Shown here in pieces: positions 8,980 to 20,135 of a stretch of DNA of 64,000 nucleotides. Made by a program: the position numbers and the translations under genes. Each line of letters starts with the position of its first letter. The stretch's first letter is position 1. The notes under the pieces are model-generated. The model was not told the origin of the DNA. It made no database searches and was given only the letters and a program-made list of their open reading frames with translations. The DNA comes from Candidatus Mycalebacterium zealandia (lineage in GTDB: Bacteria > Desulfobacterota_D > UBA1144 > Nemesobacterales > Mycalebacteriaceae), in the NCBI GenBank assembly GCA_014075295.1, contig CP046180.1, positions 954,458 through 1,018,457 of the forward strand. Direction: 5' to 3'.

Positions 8980-10234
8980 TTTGTAAATCCTGATGGCAAT
9001 CGCTCAACAAGTCAAAAATATTTTTTACCGGATTAAAACTTTCAACGGGAATCTCCACAAAAACGGTTTCCCAACCCGCCATTGCGCCGTTCCACAAACC
9101 CGGCATTTCCAGAGCTTTGATTGGACGCCCCTGAAATGTTTTGTCGGCAACCATAAAAGAGTCGTCCGTATAATTTTGAAGATTGAATTTCCGCCCGTCC
9201 GCGCCACGGACGCTACAGACCATATCAACGGGATTAAAATGAGTCGCAGAGCACCAGACTTTCTCCTGCGCGGAGTCCGAATGATTAACCTCAACGGACT
9301 CAACAATCCTTTTGCTGACGCAGCCCGAAGAGTCCCGAACCCAGAACGGCGCGCCGCCCGGCTCGCCCGTGTTTTTTACGACTCCGCAAACGCGAAACGG
9401 CTTGTCCTGAGGGGTTTTCTCCATCTCTTCAATCAAAACACCCGCAAGCGCTTTTCTGTCGCTTTCGGGATTTTTCATGCGCGAGGCGTGGGCGATGTTA
9501 TCTATGTTTGAAATAAAAACAACGTCCGCTTCAACTGCTCCGAAATTTTCAAGCAGAGCGCCGTGCCCGGCGGGGCGCAAAACCGTTTCGCCGTTTTCAT
9601 CCGTAAGAAGATTGCCGTCCGAATCAAGAACGACCGTGTCGGTTCGTGGGTCCTGCGTGGAGAATGATACGGTGAACCCGTCTCCCGATTGTGTGAGGCG
9701 GTTTTTTTCCTCATCGGAAAAACCTGTGGGAACGGTAAAATGAATTTCGTCTGCGTAGGCGCGCGCGAGTTGGGAATAGTCCTCAAAAGCCGTTGTGGAA
9801 ACGCCGTCGTATCTGTGAAATTTCACAAGCCCCTTTGGAAACCCCTCGTATCCAAGTCCTTGCGCGGAGAGGACAAGTTCCGCAATTTCGTCCGGAGCAA
9901 GAGAGGAAACATCGCTCCGGCGCAAGCGCGCGCAAGCGATTTGAAGATCTTCATAGAAAGCGAATCTTTTGATATTTCGCGTGAATTCTTCAAGCGCGCC
10001 GGAGTCCCGAGCGGTCAAGTCCGCGAACATTCTACTTGCCGCTCCCGAAGCGGGAACAAATACGCAGACGCGATAATCCAGACGTTTTTTGTCATACGTC
10101 TGCCGATGGAGTTTTTTATTTTCTCCGGACAGCGAAACAATTCCGTCTCCAACCGCGCAGGGTTTCACAAGACGGACAAAAGACGGGGGGCTTCCGAGAA
10201 TTTCTATTTGAGAACGAACTGAGAGTTTTTTCAT
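8966..10234 (-). CDS. hypothetical nucleotidyltransferase-like protein (DUF4301-like, tentative)
   Basis: Track ORF trimmed to ATG 10234 (MKKLSVRSQ), because the longer N-terminus is the antisense of tRNA-Asp. A VPASGAASRMF motif is present. Overlaps the manC start by 14 nt. Confidence 0.6.
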   Translation of the reverse strand: MKKLSVRSQIEILGSPPSFVRLVKPCAVGDGIVSLSGENKKLHRQTYDKKRLDYRVCVFVPASGAASRMFADLTARDSGALEEFTRNIKRFAFYEDLQIACARLRRSDVSSLAPDEIAELVLSAQGLGYEGFPKGLVKFHRYDGVSTTAFEDYSQLARAYADEIHFTVPTGFSDEEKNRLTQSGDGFTVSFSTQDPRTDTVVLDSDGNLLTDENGETVLRPAGHGALLENFGAVEADVVFISNIDNIAHASRMKNPESDRKALAGVLIEEMEKTPQDKPFRVCGVVKNTGEPGGAPFWVRDSSGCVSKRIVESVEVNHSDSAQEKVWCSATHFNPVDMVCSVRGADGRKFNLQNYTDDSFMVADKTFQGRPIKALEMPGLWNGAMAGWETVFVEIPVESFNPVKNIFDLLSDCHQDLQSERN

Positions 10235-10239
10235 GGCGG

Positions 10240-10318
10240 TGGCGGCGCCGACGGGACTTGAACCCGCGGCCTCTGCCTTGACAGGGCAGCGCTCTAAACC
10301 AAGCTGAGCTACGGCGCC
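10240..10318 (-). tRNA. tRNA-Asp (GUC)
   Basis: Minus strand GGCGCCGUAGCUCAGCUUGGUUAGAGCGCUGCCCUGUCAAGGCAGAGGCCGCGGGUUCAAGUCCCGUCGGCGCCGCCA. Anticodon GTC; the CCA end is encoded. Confidence 0.85.
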
Positions 10319-10348
10319 TTTATCTATACACATCCTGCGGGGACGAAA

Positions 10349-10424
10349 TGGTGGGCGGTACCGGATTTGAACCAGTGACCCTCTGCTTGTAAGGCAGACG
10401 CTCTCCCACTGAGCTAACCGCCCC
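10349..10424 (-). tRNA. tRNA-Val (UAC)
   Basis: Minus strand GGGGCGGUUAGCUCAGUGGGAGAGCGUCUGCCUUACAAGCAGAGGGUCACUGGUUCAAAUCCGGUACCGCCCACCA. Anticodon TAC. Confidence 0.85.
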
Positions 10425-10482
10425 GCATAATGAACGGGCTGTTAATCTAACTGAAAAAACAGGATGTGGAAAAGTAATATGA

Positions 10483-11793
10483 CTACGACCCCACTTTTTT
10501 GCGAAGGTTGTAGTGAAAAAGCGGTTTCCCCTCTCCCCTAACCACTTCTTCAGTAACAACGCAACGGTTCAAATTTTTGTCAGACGGAACATCGTAGAGA
10601 ATATCCAGCATTATTGATTCAAGAATCGAGCGCAGACCTCGCGCGCCGGTTTTCCTTTTTATTGACTCTTTCGCGATAAGACTGAGCGCGGAATCGGTAA
10701 ACTCCAAATCAACGCCTTCAAGCCCCATGAGTTTTGTGTATTGCTTCACAAGGGCATTGCGCGGCTTTGTGAGAATGGAAATGAGAGACTCCTCATCCAA
10801 TTCATCAAGCGTGGCGATAACGGGAACTCTTCCGACAAATTCGGGTATCAAGCCGTATTGAATCTGGTCTTCCATCTGCACATCCTTGATTATGGAAGAC
10901 GCGTCTTCCAAGCCAGCTCCTTTGGTGATTTCAGCATTGAAGCCGATTGCGTTTTTGCCCTTTCTTCTCCTGATTATGTCCTCAAGCCCGAAGAACGCTC
11001 CGCCACAAATGAACAAAATGTTAGTTGTGTCCACCTGAACAAAATCCTGCTGCGGATGTTTTCTTCCGCCTTTTGGAGGCACATTTGTTTTGGCGCCCTC
11101 CATAATTTTCAGAAGCGACTGCTGCACGCCTTCGCCTGACACATCACGTGTTATTGAGGGGCTGTCGCCGCTTTTGCGCGCCAACTTGTCTATTTCGTCA
11201 ATGTAGATAATTCCCTTTGACGCCCGCTCAATGTCGTAGTCGGCGTCCTGAAGGAGGCTGACTATCATGTTCTCCACATCCTCGCCGACGTATCCCGCTT
11301 CGGTGTAGCAGGTTGCGTCAACAATCGCGAAGGGAACCTTGAGCATTCTGGCAAAGGTCTGGGCAATCAGGGTTTTTCCGGAACCCGTGGGACCGACAAG
11401 CATTACGTTGCTCTTCTGTATTTCAACATCTGAGTCTTCTCCGTTTTTGGCTTTGAGACGGCTGCCCGCTTCAATTGTCTCTATGCGCCTGTAATGGTTG
11501 TGAACCGCGACCGAAAGAACCTTCTTCGCATGATCCTGACCGATTACATACTCATCAAGAAAACTCTTAATCTCGGACGGCGTCATCAGAGTTGCCACGG
11601 ACTCTTTACGCTTTGAGTAGCCGACTTTGGTGCGCTCTTTCTCTTCCTCTTCTTTGATGATGTCGTTGCAGAGGTCTATGCACTCATTGCAGATATAAAC
11701 ATCATTAGGACCCGCGATGAGTTTTGACACATCGTTTTTGCCCTTACTGCAAAAAGAACAGAGTTGGCCTTCTTCTCTTCCGCCTCGCCTCAT
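10483..11793 (-). CDS. clpX: ATP-dependent Clp protease ATP-binding subunit ClpX
   Basis: N-terminal C4 zinc finger (CSFCSK...CNEC), Walker A GPTGSGKT and the AAA+ fold; the start overlaps the clpP stop. Confidence 0.95.
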   Translation of the reverse strand: MRRGGREEGQLCSFCSKGKNDVSKLIAGPNDVYICNECIDLCNDIIKEEEEKERTKVGYSKRKESVATLMTPSEIKSFLDEYVIGQDHAKKVLSVAVHNHYRRIETIEAGSRLKAKNGEDSDVEIQKSNVMLVGPTGSGKTLIAQTFARMLKVPFAIVDATCYTEAGYVGEDVENMIVSLLQDADYDIERASKGIIYIDEIDKLARKSGDSPSITRDVSGEGVQQSLLKIMEGAKTNVPPKGGRKHPQQDFVQVDTTNILFICGGAFFGLEDIIRRRKGKNAIGFNAEITKGAGLEDASSIIKDVQMEDQIQYGLIPEFVGRVPVIATLDELDEESLISILTKPRNALVKQYTKLMGLEGVDLEFTDSALSLIAKESIKRKTGARGLRSILESIMLDILYDVPSDKNLNRCVVTEEVVRGEGKPLFHYNLRKKVGS

Positions 11794-12407
11794 TTCGCCG
11801 CCTCCCCAACCTCTTTAAGCTGATCCCTGCTGTCTATTATTGAGTCTATAACTCCGTAACTCATCGCTTCTTCCGCGGTCATAAAGAAATCCCTGTCGGT
11901 GTCTTTTTCAATGTTTTCAAGGGTTTGCCCGGTGTGCGTTTTCAGAATGCCGTTGAGTTCCTGCCGCACTCTCAAAATTTCCTTCGCGTGTATCTCAATG
12001 TCGCTCGCCTGCCCCTGAATTCCTCCGAGAACCTGATGAATCATAATGCGTGAGTGCGGAAGCGCTTGCCTGCGCCCCGCAGAACCGCCTGCAAGCAGAA
12101 CCGCCGCCATGCTCGCCGCCTGTCCAATGCAGAGGGTCGAAATTTCGTTTTTCACATACTGCATCGTGTCGTAAATCGCGAGGCCCGCCGTAACGTTGCC
12201 GCCCGGAGAATTGATATACAGATTCACGGGCTTGTCCGGATCCTCCGACTCAAGAAACACAAGCTGAGCAATAACAAGATTGGCAATCGCGTCATCTATG
12301 ACCGAACCTATGAAAATAATCCTGTCTCTCAATAGACGGGAAAAAATGTCATAGGAACGCTCGCCTCTTCCTGTCTGCTCCACCACAAATGGAACATAAC
12401 TAGACAT
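11790..12407 (-). CDS. clpP: ATP-dependent Clp protease proteolytic subunit
   Basis: Canonical ClpP sequence ([10 protein letters not shown]..., GQAASMAA catalytic-Ser region); 205 aa. Confidence 0.95.
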   Translation of the reverse strand: MSSYVPFVVEQTGRGERSYDIFSRLLRDRIIFIGSVIDDAIANLVIAQLVFLESEDPDKPVNLYINSPGGNVTAGLAIYDTMQYVKNEISTLCIGQAASMAAVLLAGGSAGRRQALPHSRIMIHQVLGGIQGQASDIEIHAKEILRVRQELNGILKTHTGQTLENIEKDTDRDFFMTAEEAMSYGVIDSIIDSRDQLKEVGEAAK

Positions 12408-12457
12408 TATTAGCCACTCGGATTTTATTTTATGATTTTTTGAAGACGGATGTCAAT

Positions 12458-13765
12458 CTAACTTTCGGGATTTGACTCGGGCGTTTTCGGAGGGTCTTCG
12501 GTTTTGATTTCAGCATTTTCGCGCATGAGCTTCATAACTTTGGCGCTCACAATCTGTGAATTGAGTCCGTTGAGAAGACTGTTTTTTTCATAATATTCCC
12601 TAATCTGTTCGTTGGAAACTCCCGTCTGCGAGGCAATGGCGGAAAAACGTTCAGTGAGATCGTTTTCGTTCGCTTCAATTGATTCCGCTTCGGCAATTCT
12701 GCTTATAATCAGAGACAGTTTCACATTTTCGCCCGCTCTTTTATTCAAACTTTCAGACGCCTTTTCATCGATTGGCGGAACATCAATGCCGCGACCTTCA
12801 AAATCCCTTTTCATTTCGGCTTCAAGCCGCTCTCTTTCATCCGCGACAAGACGCGCGGGAACATCAAACTTGGCAACGTCTCCGAGTTTGGCGCATATCT
12901 GCTCGTCAAGACTCGCGTCTCTCATCGCTTCAAGGCGCGCCGTCAAATCTTTTTCTACGTTGCTTTTGAGTCCGGCAACATTGTCGCTTCCCAACTTCTT
13001 GGCAAACTCATCGTCCACCGCGGGAACTTTTCTGTCAAAAACCTGTGTCACCTTCAAAGTGAACTTGACGGATTTGCCCGCCGCCTCTTTTATTTGAAAA
13101 TCCTCAGGGTAGGCAATCTCAAACTCCTTTTCTTCACCGTCCGACATACCGGTTATGTTTTTTTCAAAATCCTCTAGAAGCCGCCCCTTTCCAAGAAGAA
13201 ATCTCACGCCGCTCTTTTCAAGCCCTTCTATGGTTTTGCCGTCTATGGTTCCCCGGTAGTCCACTTCAACAACATCTTCGGCGGCACACGGTCTTTTTTC
13301 CTTAACGGGCTCCACAGTCGCCGAGCCCTCAACTATTTGCTCCAGCGCCTGCTCAACATCCTGCGCGGAAACGGAAATCGGCGCCTGTTTTAATCCCAAT
13401 CCCTTGTAAACCGGCAGTTCAAAAGCCGGCAGAACATCAAAAACCGCCGAATAGGAAAACTCTTTTTCCAAATCAAGATCATTGGGAGTAATGGCGGGTC
13501 TGCTGACCGGAGAGGCGGAAACCTCTTTCAAAGCGTCCTGAAAACTGTTTGTTACGAGGTTTGAAACAAGTTCCTCTTTGATTTCACCCGCGAAAAGTTT
13601 CTCTATTTCCGCTTCGGGAACTTTTCCCTGTCTGAACCCGTCCACTTTGGCGTTGCGCTGGAGTTTTCTGACAATCCCCTCACGCTCAAGACGCACCGTT
13701 TCAGCGGAAATTACGACATCAATCTTTTTCTCTGTGGAACTCCGGTCCTCAACACTAACTTTCAT
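12458..13765 (-). CDS. tig: trigger factor
   Basis: 435 aa with ribosome-binding N-domain signature (GFRQGKVP), a PPIase domain and a C-terminal domain; upstream of clpP-clpX as usual. Confidence 0.9.
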   Translation of the reverse strand: MKVSVEDRSSTEKKIDVVISAETVRLEREGIVRKLQRNAKVDGFRQGKVPEAEIEKLFAGEIKEELVSNLVTNSFQDALKEVSASPVSRPAITPNDLDLEKEFSYSAVFDVLPAFELPVYKGLGLKQAPISVSAQDVEQALEQIVEGSATVEPVKEKRPCAAEDVVEVDYRGTIDGKTIEGLEKSGVRFLLGKGRLLEDFEKNITGMSDGEEKEFEIAYPEDFQIKEAAGKSVKFTLKVTQVFDRKVPAVDDEFAKKLGSDNVAGLKSNVEKDLTARLEAMRDASLDEQICAKLGDVAKFDVPARLVADERERLEAEMKRDFEGRGIDVPPIDEKASESLNKRAGENVKLSLIISRIAEAESIEANENDLTERFSAIASQTGVSNEQIREYYEKNSLLNGLNSQIVSAKVMKLMRENAEIKTEDPPKTPESNPES

Positions 13766-14099
13766 AAATCACCCTCACCTTGAAAGCAGGGAAGGATACA
13801 CATAGGGGCGGGAAAGTTCAAAAATTACGGCAACTCATACCCAATTTCCCCAACTGTCCTGAAAAATGCACGGAACACCCTCGCGCCTGCAAACTCTGAT
13901 TGTGTGCCCGGTTCCACCGGCTTCAGGGTCGGAAAAATTAACATAAAATAAAGCCGCAACCGGCCTTGGAAACGTATTCACCAGGAATTTCCCTGCGTCC
14001 CTCAAGAAGCACAACAGGGGCATCGGCGCCTCTCACAATCCCGGCAAATTCATCAAGAGTCATCTGTTTGTGTTGCATTTGAAAAAACCAAATTAAAAT

Positions 14100-14183
14100 G
14101 CGAGAGGAGGGACTTGAACCCCCACGGGAAAAATCCCACCAGATCCTAAATCTGGCGCGTCTGCCAATTCCGCCACTCTCGCG
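14100..14183 (-). tRNA. tRNA-Leu (UAG)
   Basis: Minus strand GCGAGAGUGGCGGAAUUGGCAGACGCGCCAGAUUUAGGAUCUGG...long variable arm...GGUUCAAGUCCCUCCUCUCGCA. Anticodon TAG. Confidence 0.8.
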
Positions 14184-14252
14184 GATTATGTGTCGCGGCA
14201 ATGCCGCTCCGCTTTTTCACCCTCACCCTGCCCTCTCCCGGCGGGAGAGGAT

Positions 14253-14325
14253 GGGCCGCAAGGGATTCGAACCCCTGACCATTTGATTAAGAGTCAACTG
14301 CTCTACCAACTGAGCTAGCGGCCCC
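14253..14325 (-). tRNA. tRNA-Lys (CUU)
   Basis: Minus strand GGGGCCGCUAGCUCAGUUGGUAGAGCAGUUGACUCUUAAUCAAAUGGUCAGGGGUUCGAAUCCCUUGCGGCCCA. Anticodon CTT. Confidence 0.8.
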
Positions 14326-14359
14326 GTGTCTGAAAACCTACCAATACACGCGGGGAAAT

Positions 14360-17008
14360 TCACCCGCCTTCACCCCGCACAACCGAAACAACGCGCGAAT
14401 CAGGTTTGATGTATTTCCTCGCCACGCGCAGAACATCTTCGGGCGTAACGGCTGAAACCTTGCGCGCGAAATCTTTATGTTCGTCCCAACCGACGCCGTA
14501 AAGTTCATCAAAACCCATAATAGACGCCCGCGCCGAGTTACGTTGCAATCCAATTTCAAAATCACCGACCATTTTATTCCGCGCCCTTTTCACTTCATCT
14601 TCGGTTACGCCGTTTTCCAGAAGCGCGTCAAACTGAGCCAGAATTTCATCTCTGGCGGTTTTTTCCTTCTGCGGAGTAGTACCGATGTAAACGCCAAAAT
14701 AACCCGACTCCACACGTGCGCCGTAAAAAGATGAAAGTGAATAAGCAAGGCTCATCTCATCTCTCAGACGGAGAAAAAGCCGCCCGCCCTGACCGGAAAG
14801 AACGGCATTGAGAACCTGCAACGGATAGTAATCCGCGCCGCCTATTTTTGGAGCCGGAAAACCAACCGCGATATGAGTCTGCTGTTTTCCGGGCATTTTT
14901 TTCACCTTAACAACCGGTTTACCCGAAGACTTGCCGCCCGCGGCATGATAGGCAAGGGGTTTAGGCACCCTGCGAAGCGAAGAAAAATCTTTTTCAAGGC
15001 GCGCCATAACTTTCCGCGCGTCAACATCGCCGACAACAACAACAACCATATCTTCGGGGTTCAGTGCTTTTGCGTAAAAATCCGCCGCGTCTTTGCGAGA
15101 AAACTTTTTGACGCGCCCGGGCGTTCCCTCAACCTGCCGTGAATAGGAACCGTTTTTGAACAGCAAGGCGAAAAACCCGTCCAGACAAATTGAAGCAAGG
15201 TTGTCATTTTTTTTGTTAATGGCGGCGAGGATTTCCCTTTTAGCCCTGTGCGCCTCATCTTCGGGGAAAGATGGATTGAGCACCACATCTGAAAAAACAT
15301 CCATCGCGGAATCAAATCCCGAACTGAGCGCCTCCATTGAAATTCCCGCGCTGTCTCTGCCGGAAAAACCCCCTATGTATCCCGCGATGGATTCCATTTC
15401 GGTCGCTATCTGTTCCGCGGAGCGAGTCGCCGTTCCGCGCGTCAGCATATTTACGGTGAAGTTTGAGATGCCGTTTGAGTTTTTGTTTTCAAATCTCAAA
15501 CCGCCCGGAAAAAGCAACTGCGCCGCAAAAAGCGGAACGGATTTGTCTTCCTCAATTATGACCTTGATTCCGTTTTTGAGTTTACGGATGCCTGTTTTGT
15601 AATTTTTGTCCGGGGCGGAAGATGATGGCTTGACGCTCAAAATACTTTGCTTCAAACGCCTGCCTTCAAGCACGGAAGCAATGGGAACAACGGCGACCGC
15701 CGAAAGATTGAAAGGAGTAAAATATTTTGCGGCAACTCTGCGTATGTCGTCCAAAGTAACCGAGCGAACTTTATCCATATATGTTTTTTCAAACTGATAA
15801 TCCCCGGCAATCGCCTCGTAAAAGCCCAGCGCGTGTGCCCTGCCTTGCATTGTTTCCTTTGAGCGCACACCTGCGCTCTCAATGTTGAGTTTCGCCTTTT
15901 CAATCTCCGAATTTTTGAGCCCCTCATCGGCGAGCCCGTAAAACATCCGCAGTATTTCCTCATAAGCGGCAACGGCATTTTCCGGCTTGACTGTTCCGCC
16001 AACAACAAAAATTCCGCCCATACGCGGCGTGTAAGAGTATGAATAAACATTATTTACAAGTCCTTTTTTCTCTTTCACAACCCTGAACAGACGCGAACTC
16101 TCACCCTCTCCCATCGCTTCGGAAATAACGTCAAGCGCGGCAACGTCTTCTTCTCTCAAACCGGGAATTCTGAACGCGAGACCGAAATAGCCCTCGTTCA
16201 CTTCTTTTTTCAAAACTGAAACCGAAGGGGATTTTCGCCCGGAGTCCTTGCGCGCGGAGCACGAAGCGGTTTTGCGTTCTTTGAGCGCGCCAAACCCCTT
16301 CTTCACTCTCGCGAGAGCCTCACGCTTTTCAAAATCGCCCGTAACTACAACAACTATGTTGCCCGGCGAATACCACTTGCGGTAAAAATCCAGAAGTTTG
16401 CCGCGCTTGAAAGACGACACGCTTTTTGCAGTGCCGAGAATGGGATACCCGTACGGGTGTTTTTCGTAAGCCGAGGCGAAAAGCCGCCTGCTCATTACAC
16501 TTTCGGGAGAATCTTTGTCGCGCCGGATTTCCTCTAACACAACTTCAATCTCTTTCTCTATCTCGCCGGGGTCAAAAACTGAATTTGCAACGCTGTCCGC
16601 AAGCAAATCTATGCTTCGGTTAAGCGATCTGCTCGCCACGGTAATGTGATAAACCGTTTGGTCAAAAGAAGTGTGGGCGTTTATTCGCCCGCCTGAAGAT
16701 TCAACCTCAAGCGCGAGGTCGCCCGGAGCAAGCGTGCTTGTGCCCTTGAAAAGCATATGCTCGTGAAAATGCGCGATTCCACGTTCGTTCTCGCCTTCGC
16801 ACGCGCTCCCAACCTTCACCCAGACATTTATCGCCGCCACGGGCGAGGAATGGTTTGGCTCAAGAATGACCGTAAGACCGTTTTTGAGTTTCACTCTGGT
16901 AACTGATGAAATTTCTTTCGCCGCCAAAACATCAACCTCCGCACAAAAAACCATGCTCAACAAAGCAATAACAAAAAGAAAACAGTGCCTCAAAACCAAA
17001 ACCCGCAA
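14360..17008 (-). CDS. M16 family zinc metallopeptidase (insulinase-like, duplicated domains)
   Basis: HFHEHMLFKGT (HxxEH zinc motif), an N-terminal signal peptide, and 882 aa containing two M16 units. Confidence 0.85.
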   Translation of the reverse strand: MRVLVLRHCFLFVIALLSMVFCAEVDVLAAKEISSVTRVKLKNGLTVILEPNHSSPVAAINVWVKVGSACEGENERGIAHFHEHMLFKGTSTLAPGDLALEVESSGGRINAHTSFDQTVYHITVASRSLNRSIDLLADSVANSVFDPGEIEKEIEVVLEEIRRDKDSPESVMSRRLFASAYEKHPYGYPILGTAKSVSSFKRGKLLDFYRKWYSPGNIVVVVTGDFEKREALARVKKGFGALKERKTASCSARKDSGRKSPSVSVLKKEVNEGYFGLAFRIPGLREEDVAALDVISEAMGEGESSRLFRVVKEKKGLVNNVYSYSYTPRMGGIFVVGGTVKPENAVAAYEEILRMFYGLADEGLKNSEIEKAKLNIESAGVRSKETMQGRAHALGFYEAIAGDYQFEKTYMDKVRSVTLDDIRRVAAKYFTPFNLSAVAVVPIASVLEGRRLKQSILSVKPSSSAPDKNYKTGIRKLKNGIKVIIEEDKSVPLFAAQLLFPGGLRFENKNSNGISNFTVNMLTRGTATRSAEQIATEMESIAGYIGGFSGRDSAGISMEALSSGFDSAMDVFSDVVLNPSFPEDEAHRAKREILAAINKKNDNLASICLDGFFALLFKNGSYSRQVEGTPGRVKKFSRKDAADFYAKALNPEDMVVVVVGDVDARKVMARLEKDFSSLRRVPKPLAYHAAGGKSSGKPVVKVKKMPGKQQTHIAVGFPAPKIGGADYYPLQVLNAVLSGQGGRLFLRLRDEMSLAYSLSSFYGARVESGYFGVYIGTTPQKEKTARDEILAQFDALLENGVTEDEVKRARNKMVGDFEIGLQRNSARASIMGFDELYGVGWDEHKDFARKVSAVTPEDVLRVARKYIKPDSRVVSVVRGEGG

Positions 17009-17019
17009 ACAAAATCCGG

Positions 17020-17865
17020 TCAGTTTCCACCGTCCGCGCCGGGGGGTCTGAAATTCCGCGCTCCGGTTTCATCTTCCGCACCCCGTTTTTTGAAATGCTT
17101 CAGAATTGAAAACAGGGGACCGGACGCAAGATAGGAAAACGAAACAAACGCAACCGACACACCGGGACTTGCCGCCACAACCGCTATGAGAATTGACGAG
17201 GTTACAAGAATATCAAATTTTTTGCCGCCGCTGAATCTGCCCAGATTGAAAAATCCTATTTTACGATACCGGACTCCGCTTACCATAAAGAAACCCGTAA
17301 CAGGAGCAATGACCGCATACAAAATCCCCAAATCCATTGGTGGAGCACCGCCAAGTTCGCTCACGATTAAAATCGGTGAAATCATAACTCCGGCCGCCAT
17401 CGGGCTCGGAAGCCCCATAAAGGATCTTTTTTCAACGGAGGATGACTGCATATTGAATCTGGCGAGTCGCAAGACTACGCAAACCGAGTATATGAGAAGC
17501 CCCGTTTTGAGAACGGCTCCGCCCGCGCCTCCGAAAAGCGCGTAAACAAGCAGAGCGGGAGCAACACCGAAGCAAACAGCATCTGAAAGAGAGTCATACA
17601 CAACGCCAAAGCGGTTTTCATCTATGCCGAAAGCGCGAGCGACCTTGCCATCAAGCATGTCAAGAACCATTGCTATGGCAATGAAAGCGGCGGCGCGCCA
17701 AATGAGGTCGCCACTTGCGGAGTAACCGCCCGAAGCGGCTATCTCAACCGAAGAGCCGATGGACAAAAGACCGAAGCACAACCCCGCAGTCGTTACAATG
17801 CTGGGAAGAAAAGTCGTTATACCGCCGTTTTTCACTCTGTTACGAATTCTCTCTCTTTTCATCAC
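17020..17865 (-). CDS. pssA: CDP-diacylglycerol--serine O-phosphatidyltransferase
   Basis: CDP-alcohol phosphatidyltransferase motif D..DG..AR...G....G...D...D (DMLDGKVARAFG...YDSLSD); polytopic membrane protein. Confidence 0.8.
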   Translation of the reverse strand: MMKRERIRNRVKNGGITTFLPSIVTTAGLCFGLLSIGSSVEIAASGGYSASGDLIWRAAAFIAIAMVLDMLDGKVARAFGIDENRFGVVYDSLSDAVCFGVAPALLVYALFGGAGGAVLKTGLLIYSVCVVLRLARFNMQSSSVEKRSFMGLPSPMAAGVMISPILIVSELGGAPPMDLGILYAVIAPVTGFFMVSGVRYRKIGFFNLGRFSGGKKFDILVTSSILIAVVAASPGVSVAFVSFSYLASGPLFSILKHFKKRGAEDETGARNFRPPGADGGN

Positions 17866-18527
17866 CCTGCTCCAGCGCCCGCCGTAAAACGCGCGATGAC
17901 AGTTTCGGATCCGACAACCCTGTCTCCCTTTTTAACTCTAACTTCGTATTCGGGAGGAAGAAACAGGTCAATCCTTGAGCCGAACTTTATGATGCCGAAT
18001 CTGTCTCCGCGCTTCAAGCGCGCGCCCTGCGGTGCATGGGAAATTATCCTTCTTGCGATAAAACCCGCGACCTGCGCCACAACGATTTCGGGCGCGCCGC
18101 CGTCCGGCTTCACGAGGGTGGCAAGCTGTTCATTGTGTTTTGAAGCGTTTTTGTCAAATCCGAAAGAAAATCTCCCTTTCCTGTAAACGCTCGCCGTAAC
18201 TTCGCCTGAAACGGGAAACCAGTTCACATGGCAGTCAAATATGGAAAGGAACACGCTCACCCTGGTAACATCGCTGTGAAGAAAACCGTCTTCGCGCTCG
18301 CTTGAAACCTCTATCACCCTGCCATCGGAAGGCGAAATCACCAAGCCATTTTCGGAGGGAGTTGTTCGCGAAGGGTCTCTGAAAAAAAACAGCGTAAACC
18401 CAAACGCGACCAGAAAAAGGAATGACAAAAACACGAAGCCGAAAATCGCGAACACCCAGCCCAGCACTGCAACAGCACAGATAATTGGCAACCCCTCAGG
18501 CGCAATTCTGAAAAACGGTGTGTTCAT
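17862..18527 (-). CDS. psd: phosphatidylserine decarboxylase (short-type proenzyme)
   Basis: Psd-like sequence with the GSR self-cleavage region (FGSRIDLFLP); its stop overlaps the pssA start (ATGA). Confidence 0.75.
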   Translation of the reverse strand: MNTPFFRIAPEGLPIICAVAVLGWVFAIFGFVFLSFLFLVAFGFTLFFFRDPSRTTPSENGLVISPSDGRVIEVSSEREDGFLHSDVTRVSVFLSIFDCHVNWFPVSGEVTASVYRKGRFSFGFDKNASKHNEQLATLVKPDGGAPEIVVAQVAGFIARRIISHAPQGARLKRGDRFGIIKFGSRIDLFLPPEYEVRVKKGDRVVGSETVIARFTAGAGAG

Positions 18528-18564
18528 TTTCGCTTTAACCTAAAAACCCGCTCTCACGATTTTT

Positions 18565-20102
<1,538 letters not shown>

Positions 20103-20135
20103 CGTTTAGTCTCCACCGTTCCGCGCGCGGGGCGC

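Noticed and set aside
8966-10333. The track ORF extends 33 codons further upstream (MCIDKGAVAQLGLERCPVKAEAAGSSPVGAATA...).
   Set aside because: That extension is the antisense reading of tRNA-Asp (10240..10318). The real start is the ATG at 10234 (MKKLSV).
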